Shown piece by piece: positions 23,756 to 35,300 of a DNA stretch of 40,321 nt (positions within the stretch are counted from its first letter, which is position 1; each line of letters starts with the position of its first letter). The notes below the pieces were generated by a model. The model made no database searches. It saw only the letters and a program-made list of their open reading frames with translations, and was not told the origin of the DNA. Source of the DNA: Chiloscyllium plagiosum (taxonomy: Eukaryota); the NCBI RefSeq assembly GCF_004010195.1, contig NC_057718.1, positions 4,404,136 through 4,444,456 on the forward strand, given 5' to 3'. Position numbers and translations under genes: made by a program.

Positions 23756-23756
<1 letters not shown>

Positions 23757-23787
<31 letters not shown>
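23757..23787. repeat. (TA)n microsatellite
   Basis: Directly visible. Confidence 0.95.
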
Positions 23788-23790
<3 letters not shown>

Positions 23791-25609
23791 AGTATGCCTT
23801 CATCAAAGTCATTGCTAACTCCAGTGAGAGTTGCTTGTTCATTTGTAAGGTGTAAGTTTAATAACTGGATCTGAGAGAGTGTCAAACTTGGACTCACATT
23901 TCTAACTATCAGAATGAATCATCCACATGGAGTGTGGGGAGGAGGGGTAGGTGGGAGTGAACGTTTAGACCCCCATTCCAGAGGTGAGAGGTCTGTGTGC
24001 AAACAACTGTGTCATCTAGCTTCAACGTTACACATTACCGTGATTAGTAACGTATAAAATGCTTGTAGATCTGTTATACCGAGATCTTGCTGACTGATTG
24101 ATTGACTGACTACAACAGGAATGTATGGTTCAGTGAATTTGAGCAATGTGCGTTGTACACTGATCTGAATGATTAAAACCCAGTTTAACATGCCTCAATG
24201 ACAGCCCCGGTGAAAAATTGCAAATTAATTATCACAGCCAGCAACAAAATGCTTCCATCAGCAGCAAACAATGTATCACAGCATCAAATAATGGTTAATA
24301 TTTTATCCTCAGCTTGCTGCATGAGCTGAACAACATCATGAGTTATTTAACAACAAGCTTTGGCAAATTTCCTTTTGGCAAAACAAATCGCCTTACAACC
24401 GAGTGCTGCTTTTCTCAGGAGTTTGTGAAGGGGGTGGGAGTCTGTGATTTACTCTGAGGTTATGTTGGTAATATTTCAGTGGACTCCCTGACTATACATG
24501 CTGCGCTTTGTTGGGAGATCTGTGATTGCCATTCATTGTACACTGGGACTGTACTATCCCCATATTCTGTCAAAGCCCCGTGTTAACAGCCAGGGATTGT
24601 ATCTGATTGGTAGGTCTTTTTGATTATGTGAAGAAAGGGCAATAAGGCAGGGTCCTCCTGCAAAATCAGTTTAAACCAAGTATATTGCACTCTGTGCTAC
24701 CTGCACTCCCAACACCAATAGACAATCTGGCACTGGGTGTCCTTAACAGGAGCCTGAGAGTTCAGACAGCATTCCCCACCTTAACATGCAGAAATCTTGG
24801 ATCAACATTCAATACTGGGGGCAACTGCCAACCAACCTGATTACCCGTCCCCATCACTTGCCCAAAGTCTCTGTGCCAAGCCAATCAATCCCACTGCCCA
24901 TTGCCACTAGTCTCCTCCAGAACTCTCCTTCCACCCTCACCACTTGAAGCCTATCAGATGCTACCTCTGGTCTGTGTGCCCAACACCTACCCCACCCCCA
25001 AGGAAGGGGTAAACCAGGTTAATAGACCCTGCCCCAACAGAGCGGGAGCAGGAAGCATACCATGAATTTGGGTCCAATCACTCACTCCCTCTCCTGGGCA
25101 CTGGGGCATCACAACAAAAAATCCAGATGCCAACCTTCCAAGAGAGTCAAAGGTTATTCCACCAGGGAGATGTGTGATCAATAGCTGGGTGGTGGATATG
25201 TAGGCGGGGTGCAGGGTTGGGGGGAAGTGGGTTCACTTTCATTTCAATCTCTTGTCCCTCACTCTGAGGGACAAGAGGCACAAAGTCATGTGACATCTCC
25301 AGAAATCTATCCAATTAGATTTGACCACAGGCTGGGAGACCGAGATGGCTGAGTGAGGGTGAAAAAGGTTTTAAAGCTTCCATCCCCATGAGGATTTTAT
25401 GTGTGACAGTTTCATTGCTGTCAGAGAAATCTCGCAGTTTGAACTCTCTCCCCGCCGAAGGTGAGACTCGCAGCCACCCCCGCCCCACCCAGATGACAGG
25501 GTCAAACAGACGCTGACAGCATCGTTTCCCATAATGAACAGAATCAGCCCTGAGCCTCAATGGGAGGGAGGTGCACTCTCTTGCCTGGTTGCAGAGTGAG
25601 CGATTCATG

Positions 25610-25900
25610 GAACACAGATGGTCACTGTCTAAGGGTACAGGGTGTGCCATTTGGACTGAGATGAGGAGAAATGTCTTCACCCAGAGAGGGGGGAGCCTGT
25701 GGAACTCTCCGCTGCAGGAAAATGATTGAGGCTGAAACACTGAGAGTTTTCAGGAAGGAGTTAGTTAGTGTCCCTGGGACTGAAGGGATCAGAAAGTGTC
25801 GGGAGAAAGCAGGAACAAGGTCTGAGTTGGATGATCAGCCATGATCATATCGAATGGTATAGCAGACACAAAAGGCTGAATGGCCTCCTACTGCTATTTC
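25610..25900 (+). mobile_element. CR1 LINE 3' fragment
   Basis: gagatgaggagaaatgtcttcacccagagag...gatcagccatgatcatatcgaatgg...aatggcctcctactgct resembles 38830-39060. Confidence 0.7.
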
Positions 25901-28050
25901 CTGCAATAGCTGGCCCTGAGAGTAAGCTGAGGGAGGTCAGTCAGGTTCTCGCTTGATGACAGTGTCCAAATGCGCACACATGACTTTATTTTGTAATGCC
26001 TCCCACAGTAGAATAGCCAAATGGATTTATCCTGACTAAAGATATTGCAGTAAGATACTGAGCAGAACCCCTGCCTTTATCTTGTGGAATAATTTCTGGA
26101 GGGTGAGGGCAGGAGAACAGGTCGTGTGAGAGATGAAGAAGGAAGTAAGAGATGTCAGTGTCTGATAGCGAAGGTGCAAGAGTCTCAATGATAGCTTACT
26201 CAGTTAGCTCACTAACTGCAGTGCCTGTGCTCAATCCATTTAAATGCCCAGCTAATAAAACAACACAAAGGGCTTCAATATCATCTGATCCGAGAAGTAA
26301 TAGGTTTCGATTGCTGCGTACTAATAGATTCAGAATAATCTCTGGACCCTGATTAATCTTGGTAACTGCACAATACATCATGTTTCCAGATAAATGCTGA
26401 GAGGATTACACCAACAGTAACTCAGCAGATTGAGCAGCAGTGGGGTTGGAGGGAAGTGGCTGGGAGTGGGATTGCGCTGAGTGTCTGAGACACGTTTGTA
26501 TGATTTGACAATGCGTTGCTTAATGCCGCTTCATTCTGCGTAAAGAAACAATATGTGATCCTCTGGATGATCTGACTTTTCACTAGACTTAGGAGCTGTT
26601 TAAAAATTCCACATTCTAGAAATCCTGACCTCATTCTGGGGCTTCTCATTTTCTGCAGTGCGTCTTCAAGACGCAGATGTGTTCATGTCAGACACCCTCA
26701 CCTAGAACCCCCAACCTGACTGTGTCCATTGCAGAGATCGGCAGAGGCCTATTCCCTTGTAATCATGCTGCGTCAGGCCAGGCTTTTAAGGAGTTAAGGA
26801 TCGTGGAACCTCAGAAATGTCATTTACTTTAGTCTGCATGAGGCAATCTTTTGTAGGATATTTTCAAGAGGTCCTTCTCATGACCCCAAATCCCCATACC
26901 AGATTGTGCCCTTCACCCACCCTCATGTCCCTACACTTTCATGTTTGTTTATATTCTTTCCATGCCCATTTGTCTGTTATATACTGTATCACACAATCAA
27001 CATCATACTCTTAAAAACATATGCAAACAAAAACTGAATGAGCAGTTATTCATTTTTAAAAAATTCTTTTTACAGCAGCCTAATAAAAGTAGCAATCATT
27101 CCAGATGCCTACAACTATCAATAGCTGAAATTGCAAGCACCTGAAACATCTAAATAAATTGTACAAATGAACATTGTGAAACTGGCAGCAGACAGTTCTA
27201 GCTGTCAATCCAGCAAGGGTCAGGTGTTTCAACACAGTAATGGACCCCTGAGCTCTCAACAATGAAACATTCTAGTTTTATTAACATAGGCTTTTAAACA
27301 GACCATTGCCATATTGTCTGAAAGTTTTCCCAGGTTAGTCAGCCTGATTGCTGAAGTGAACTTGCCCGGCCCCCACCCCCGCCAGGGTTTCCTGCAGCTC
27401 CTCCCAAGGTGGCCAGGCCGAGCCAGGTATTTTCCTGCTTCCTACCAGGTGCCTTGAGAATGAAAACACTGGCTCGTGTGCATTGTACTCTTCCATGGGA
27501 TACGAGCATCTCTCAAAGCCAGCGTTTTCTTTTTGCTTATTCCTAAAGAACATCGACGAATCCACTGAACCTTTACAACAACTGATGATGAATTTCATGA
27601 ATTACATTGAGCTGATGCGGTTGGATTTGAACCCATTAAGCTGAGTCTTTGGAATACAAGTCCACTAGCATTACTATGACACCCCTGTCTCTCCTAGTGG
27701 GGCAGTTGGTGTGTACGGTGAGTGTCTGAGAATGTACTTCGTAAACGGAAGAGACTTAATCAAAGTTTACAAACTATTGAGAAGCTTGGGCGGGGTGGAT
27801 TGGGGAGATCTGTTTTCCCCCAGTGTACAGGCCAGTTAGTAAGGGTACAGGTGATTGGTGGAGGGGTTAAAGGGGACATGAGGAAAACTCTTTCTCACTC
27901 ACTGGGCAGTGGGTACCTAGAATTCATTGTCAAGTTTTGGATGCCCAAGTGGAAATCTTTCTTTTGTCTGAAAGGAGATTAGATCTGTACCAGAAATGGT
28001 ATAACCTGCAAAGGTACAGAGCAGATACTAGAAAGTGAAATTGGAATGTA

Positions 28051-28260
28051 CAGGACGATTGAGTCGGTTTCCACCGTTTCAGTTACCCGTGGTTTACTGC
28101 GGCCCAAACATATTACATAGAACGTTCCAGAACCAGAGACTGGGGCTGCTGGGGAGGTAAATTTTCCATTCTGATGAATGGGTTCGCTACTATCTGAGGT
28201 TTCAGGCTTCCATGGTAGTTCTGGGAATGTATCCCCCGCGGGTATGAGGGGATTATGGTA
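28051..28260 (+). mobile_element. Tigger/MER44-like non-autonomous DNA transposon
   Basis: tttcagttacccgtggt...gcggccc and a terminal ggtttcaggcttcca...tatcccccgcgggtatgaggggattatgg-TA recall MER44/Tigger7 ends (from memory); TA at both flanks; sits inside a CR1 tail. Confidence 0.6.
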
Positions 28261-28814
28261 TTGTTCATTTATTCAGCTGGCCAGACATGATGGGCTGAAT
28301 GGGCTCTTTCTCTACTATAATGTTTCTATAGCTTTATGGGAAGTGTGAATGTAAGTGCATTTGTGTGAGTTTGAGTGAATGTATGTGTGTGTGATTGCAT
28401 GTAAGTAAGTGTACACGTATGCATGTGTGTAGTGTGTGCACGCACATGCCTCCAGCACTGTAAACTGACCCAGACAAACTGTTCAAGAGGAGATAGAATA
28501 AGACCATTAACCCACTGAAGCTGCTCAGTCTGATCATTGCTGAAGTGATCCCCAACTCTATTGACCTATCTTTGTGGGAATCGCTGAATATTTTTACCTA
28601 ATAAATAAATCCATTGCTCTCAGTCTGGAAATCTCCAGAATCTACAATGTCTTTGTAAGAGAGTCCTCGGTTTTCATTTCCTGCTGTGTGATGAAGTGTT
28701 TCCTAATTTTCAATCCTGGACTGCCTCTGATTGCAAGATGGATTCCCCCTTGTTCTTGATTTTTCCCAGCAGAGGAAACAATTGTAACATTTTAAATAAA
28801 AGTACATTTAAAAA

Positions 28815-29003
28815 TTTAAAAACAGAAATTGCTGGAGAAATTCAGCAGGTCTGACGGCATCTGTGGAAAGAGAGAGAGAGAAACAGTTAACCTTTAGAGC
28901 TTCAAAGAAGAGTTATATCATATTCGAAACGTTAACTGTGTTTCTGTCTCGGCAGACACTGCCGGAGTTGCTGAGTATCTGCAGCACTTCCTGATTTTAT
29001 TTT
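28815..29003. mobile_element. Penelope-derived palindromic element
   Basis: Left arm gaaattgctggagaaattcagcaggtctgacggcatctg...gaaacagttaac; right arm cgaaacgttaactgtgtttc...cagacactgccggagttgctgagtatctgcagcacttc. Confidence 0.7.
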
Positions 29004-29164
29004 CGTGTGTTAATCCTCTTTGAATCCTTCCTAACCCTAGGCCTATTGCAAGATCAAAGCAACATAAGGCTCGGCTCTGACCTGCAGTGACCTCTTGCTA
29101 TAATTAGATCTAATGTTATCTAATCAGATTGTGGTCACACTAATGATGTATCTTGCTCTTACAG

Positions 29165-29255
29165 TATCGGTGCTGTGTCTGATGTAACTGTTGGTGGCGT
29201 GATTGGAACTGGCACCCACAATACTGGCATTCAGCATGGCATTCTGGCTACACAG
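29165..29255 (+). CDS. gulo: L-gulonolactone oxidase, coding exon (exon 5)
   Basis: tcttgctcttacag acceptor; the first T completes the Asn codon, then [30 protein letters not shown]; donor CAG|gtacta. Confidence 0.97.
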
Positions 29256-30784
29256 GTACTAGCTTCTTTCAAACAATCAGATTGCTTTTTAACATGAAGT
29301 TTGTTGTTAAATTGTAACAATCAGACCAGGGTGTGCCTCATGTGGCTGTCAGTTCAGACAGAAAGCAATTTACTCTCGGTTCTGTCTGCTTTAGAATTGA
29401 CTCAAATAAATTTAGAAAAACCCACAAACAGTAAGTCTGCGTGGAGAGAAACAGTTAATCTTTCAGCTCAAAGAGCTTTCATCAGAACCGGTTTGTGGAA
29501 CTGGTTCAATACAGTATTGATTCATTCAATGTAATTCAGATTGCCTCCAGCAAATGACACTTTGGGATGCAGCCTGGTTTAATTGAAGACTCAGCATGTG
29601 GTGAGGGTAGTTTTTCTCATTCATTCAGGGATGTGGGTGTCACCAACTGGGTCAGCATTTATTGCCCATCCTGAAATGCTAACAGTGAGCCGCATTGCTG
29701 TGGGTGTGAGGTCACCTGTAGGCCAGACAAGGTAAAATGGTAGATTTCCTTCTCTAAAGGGGATTAGTCAAGTCAATTGGATTTTACAACAATAGACAAT
29801 GGGTACCTCCTCATCACTAGACTATTTTTAATATATTTTATTGAAATTGAATATAAATTTCATCAAATGCCATGGTGGGATTCAAACCCACCTTCCCAGA
29901 ACATTAGCCTGGCATTCTACATTACTGATCCAGTTACAATATCCCAACACAACCACCTCCCTTAATTTGGGAGAAACATGATTCCAGATACTCTCAATGA
30001 CTGGGATTTTCCTCACCTTATTGACGTACCTTTTGTTTATTTGTTCAAGGGATATGGGCATCTCTGGGTAAGGTCAGCCATTATTGCCCATCCCTAATTG
30101 GCCTTAAGATTGTGTTGGGCCGAGCTCTTGATATCTGAACAAGCAGACAGACCTTTTCAGAGGGCAGTTAAGAGTTAAATACATTGATGTGGGTCTGGAC
30201 TCACATCTAGACCAGGCCAGGTAAGGACAGATTTCCTTTCCTGAAGGTCTCAGTGATCCAGGGAGCTGTTTTTAATTTGACAATGCGGTTTTTACATGCT
30301 CAAATTACTAAGATGAGTATTTTTATAAACAAATTTACAGATATATTGAATGAACTGAATCTCCACGGCTGATGTAGTAGGATTTGAACTGCTGTCTCCA
30401 GATTTTAGTCCAGTAAGACAACCATGATGCAATGCTCAAGATCAATCGCTATGATTGGGTAATAACTCTGGTTTAATTGCATCATGTGTTAAACAGAATA
30501 GTTCGTGGTGAATTTGAAAGGAGTTGACTTTCTACCACTGAACAACTCTGACACTGTAATTCTGACTCAAGAGCAAATGCTCGTTGATGCAGAGATCCTC
30601 TTGGTGCTCCTGTCCTTGAACACCAGGATGTCAGCAATGCTTAGCTTCATAACACAAGTCCCATTTGCTCAGATATTTACACCTCAATCTTTAAACTCTT
30701 CCAATTTTTGTATCAATTGTAACACCTTCACAATTTTGTAACCAACAGCTAAAGAGCTTGCTAACTTAGCTCTGCTTCTTTCAG

Positions 30785-30970
30785 GTCGTGGCAATAACGT
30801 TGTTGACAGCAGCAGGGGATATGCTCGAATGTTCTGACACCGTAAACCATGAGATATTCCAGGCAGTCCGTCTGCATCTCGGTGCCCTGGGAGTGGTGTT
30901 AAATGTTACCATCCAGTGTGTGCCAGCCTTTAGAATTCATCTCCAACAATTCCCAAAAACCCTCACAGAG
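30785..30970 (+). CDS. gulo: L-gulonolactone oxidase, coding exon (exon 6)
   Basis: cttctttcag acceptor; 186 nt translate to VVAITLLTAAGDMLECSDTVNHEIFQAVRLHLGALGVVLNVTIQCVPAFRIHLQQFPKTLTE; donor GAG|gtacat. Confidence 0.97.
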
Positions 30971-31639
30971 GTACATTAGTTTTCAGTATCATTGGGAGGG
31001 AGTTGTGAGTGTATGTAGGTGATTAGGCTTGTGTTGTTTGGTAATATTAATGTCAAACTCCCAACATTGGGCCTCACAAAGTCATGGAACTGCTGCAGCA
31101 TGGAAGTGAGCATTCGGTCCGTTGTATCTGCACTGGATTTCCAAATGATTAATTCCTGTTGTGTATTTTGCTGCCTTCTCTTGGGTAACCCTGCTCATTG
31201 TTCTTTTTCAAATAACCTATAATTCCCTTTATAATGCCTCAATTGAACCTGCCTCAGGCACTGCATTCCAGATGGAACTACTTGCTGCTTGATAATCTTT
31301 TGCCACATCTCACTTTTTTGCTTCTTTTACTAATTCTTTTAAATCTATGCCCAAAATCCCAAATCCTTTCACAAGTGGGAACTTTTATCCTTCACTCATG
31401 GGATATGGATATCACTATCTGGGCCGACATTTGTTGCTCGTCCCTACTTTTCCTTAAGAAGATGGTGGTGAGCTGCCTTCTTGAACCGCTGCAGTCTATT
31501 TTCTGCCTACTTACTTGGTTCTGGCCACTCGTGATTTGGAATATCTCTATCAGATCTCCTCTCAACTTTCACTTCTAAACAAAATAGTCCAACCCCATCA
31601 AACTTTCTTCAGAACTGTCATTCCTCATTCATGAAAACA

Positions 31640-32341
31640 TAAAGACATGGGTGTACCTTTAAGAGAGTGAAGGACTTGGCAAGAGCACAGAGTGCTGGAG
31701 AATTTATAAAGTAACATTTTGATTAAGAACAAACAGCACTTGCCGAGTTGCTATGAGATAAAAACACAATACTAATTCAGCCAATCAGTTTAAGTTATAC
31801 CCCGTAAAATATCAAACTCCAATCGAATTTGAATTGAGTACATTGACAATCTTAAAAGCCAATGACACAATTTGATGCTTTGGGGGGGGGTGTGTAAGAT
31901 TGGGGAAAGTTGAACAGTTGGGAGGAGAACTGCCAAGCCCAGCATGTAAACAGACTGCTTGAAAAAATAGCTCTCTTAAAAAGTACCTTTTCGATCAGTA
32001 ACCTGTGACCCAGCAATTCCTAGGAAAAAGAAAATAAGACACAGGAAGATCCAAATAGAAGAAGGCAAGTTACCTGGTTTTGAGAAAAAAAGGGTGGTTT
32101 TGGAAATCTTGTTTGGGAGTTTTATCGGACTAGTATTATAGAAGGGAAGGTAATAGGTTAGAGTAAGGAATGGTAAATAGTTGTGAGTTAATTATTCTGT
32201 TACACTTTAAGAAATAAAGTTGTTAGTTTTTACTTTAAATACTTCTTGGCCACTTGAATTCTTACAGGTTACTGCATGGGAAAAATCTTTCCGTGTTGCT
32301 GGGTTTAAATTAAGCAGGAGGGTTTACCCCGTGTCATAACA
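31640..32341 (+). mobile_element. Probable LTR followed by a degenerate PBS
   Basis: About 700 bp with three CCAAT boxes, AATAAA at 32213-32218 and a ...gtgtcataaCA end, followed by gtttgagggctc, which resembles a tRNA-Pro PBS (TGGGGGCTC). The 5' TG end is not clear. Confidence 0.45.
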
Positions 32342-32399
32342 GTTTGAGGGCTCTCTGTAACAAAATTATAACTCTTTATAACATAACATTCTCAAACAT

Positions 32400-35300
32400 G
32401 TCTTCTGTAGGCTCCCCAATGCTTTCCCATCTTTCTGAAAGTGGGCCACCCAGAACCACACACAGTGCTTCAGTGTCTTATACAAGCTCTCATACTCAAA
32501 GCCCTTATTAAAATAATGAGAATATTATGTTTTATTAACTGCTCTCTCCTCCTGCCTGTCACCTTTCATGGCTTATGCACATATACCCCCAGATCTCTCT
32601 GCTCCTCCACCCTCTGTTCTGTCTGTGTTCTTCCCACCAAATGTACCACCTCACATTTCTTCACATTGAACTTTGCCTGTCACCTATTCCCAATTCACTA
32701 ATTTGTCAATGTCCTTTTCAGATTCTAAACTGTCCTCCTCACAATTTAAAAAACTTCCAGATTTCATATCCATCTGTAAGATATGAAACAGTTCCCTGAG
32801 AAACAAGGCCCAGATTCTTAATATGTATCCAAAAGCGTAAGGGTCCCATTACCCCACCACAAACCATCCTCCTGTTTTAAAAAAGCGTTCCATTAACCAT
32901 TACTCCCTGTTTCTAATCACTCAGCCAATTCTGTGCCAATGTTACCACTGTCCCTTTCATTCCATGAGTTCTAACTTTGCTCACAAGTCTGTTGTGTTGA
33001 TGTCGAGGTGCAGGTGTCGGACTGGATTGGACAAGGTCAGAAGTCACACAACACCAGGTTATAATCTAATAGGTTAATTTGAAATCAAAAGTCCGAAACT
33101 TAGGGACATACTCACAGAGAGGTACAGCATGGAAACAGACCCTTCGGTACAACCCATCCATGCCGACCAGATATCCCAACCCAATCTAGTCCCACCTGCC
33201 AGCACCCGGCCCATATCCCTCCAAACCCTTCCTATTCATATACCCATCCAAATGCCTTTAAATGTTGCAATTGTACCAGCCTCCACCACTTCCTCTGGCA
33301 ACTCATTCCATACACATACCACCCTCTGAGTGAAAAAGTTGCCTCTTAGGTCTCTTTTATATGTTTCCCACTCATCGTAAACCTGTGCCCTCTAGTTCTG
33401 GACTCCTACTGCCACCCACCTACACACCCGCTCCCCCCTGCCCCCACCCTGCAAAAAAAGACTTTGCCTATTTATCCTATCCATGCCCCTCATGATTTTG
33501 TAAACCTCTATAAGGTCACCCCTCAGCTGGTGACACTCCATGGAAAACAGCCCCAGCCTATTCAACCTCTTCCCTATAGTTCAACTCCTCCAACCGTGGC
33601 AACATCCTTGTAAATCTTTTCTGAACCCTTTCAAGTTTCACAACTTCTTTCCAATAGGAAGGAGATCAGAATTGCACACAATATTCCAAAAGTGGCCTAA
33701 CCAATATCCTGTACAGCCATAACATGACCTCCCAATTCCTGTACTCAATACTCTGACCAATAAAGGAAAGCATACCAAATGCCGCCTTCCCTATCCTATC
33801 TACCTGCGACTCCACTTTCAAGGAGCTATGAACCTGCACTCCAAGGTCTCTTTGTTCTGCAAAGCCCCCTAGGACCTTACCATTAAGTGTAAAAGTCCTG
33901 CTAAGATTTACTTTCCTAAAATGCAGCACCTCACATCTATCTAGATTAAACTCCATCTGCCACTTCTCAAGATCCCATCTGATCAAGATCCCATTGTAAT
34001 CTGAGGTAACCTTCTTTGCTGTCCACTATACCTCCAACAGCAAACTTATTATCTATACCTCTTATGCTCACATCCAAATAATTTATATAAATGATGAAAA
34101 GTAGTGGACCCAGCACCGGTCCTTGTGGCACTCCACTGGTCACAGGCCTCCAGTCTGAAAAACAACCCTCCACCACCATCGTTTGTCTTCTACCTTTGAA
34201 CCAGTTTTGTATGCACATGACAAGTTCTCCCTGTATTCCATGAGCTCTATCCTTGCTCACCAGTCTCCCATGGGGAAATTTGTCGAACGCCTTACTGAAG
34301 TCCATATAAATCACATCTACCGCTCTGCCCTCCTCAATCCTCTTCAATACTGCTTCAAAAAACTCAATCAAGTTTGTGAGACATAATTTCCCACGCACAA
34401 AGCCATGTTGACTATCCCTTATCAGTTCTTGTCTTTCCAAATACATGTACATACTGTCCCTCAGGAGTCCTTCCAACAAATTTCCACCACCGCATCAAGC
34501 TCACTGGCCTATAGTTCCCTGGCTTGTCCTTACCACCCTTCTTAAACAGTGGCACCATGTTAGCCAACCTCCAGTCTTCCGGCACCTCACCTGTGACTAT
34601 TGATGATCCAAATATCTCAGTAAGAGGCCCAGCAATCACATCCCTAGCTTCCCACAGAGTTCTAAGGTACACCTGATCAGGTCCTGGGGATTTATCCACT
34701 TTTAACCATTTCAAGACATCCAGCACTTCCTCCTCTGTAATCTGGACATTTTGCAACATGTCACCATCTATTTCCCGATATTCTATATCTTCCATGTCCT
34801 TTTCCACAGTAAATACTGATGCAAAATACTTGTTTAGTATCTGCACTATTTCCTGCGGCTCCACACAAAGGCCACCTTGCTGATCTTTGAAGGGCCCTAT
34901 TCTCTCCCTAGTTACCCTTTTGTCCTTAATGTATTTGTAAAAACCCTTTGGACCCTCTTTAATTCTTTTTGCCAAAGCTATCTCATATCCCCTTTTTGCC
35001 CTTCTAATTTATCTCTTTAGTATACTCCTACTGTCTTTATTCTCTTCTAAGGATTCATTTAATCTACCCTGTCTATACCTGACATATGCTTCCTTCTTTT
35101 TCTTAACCAAACCCTTAATTTCTTTAGTCATCCAGCATTCCCTATACCGACCAGCCTTCCCTTTCACCCTGACAGGAATATATACTTTCTCTGGATTCTT
35201 GTTATCTCATTTCTGAAGGCTTCCCATTTTCCAGCCTTCCCTTTACTTGCAAACATCTGCCCCCAATCAGCTTTTGAAAGTTCTTGCCTAATACCATCAA

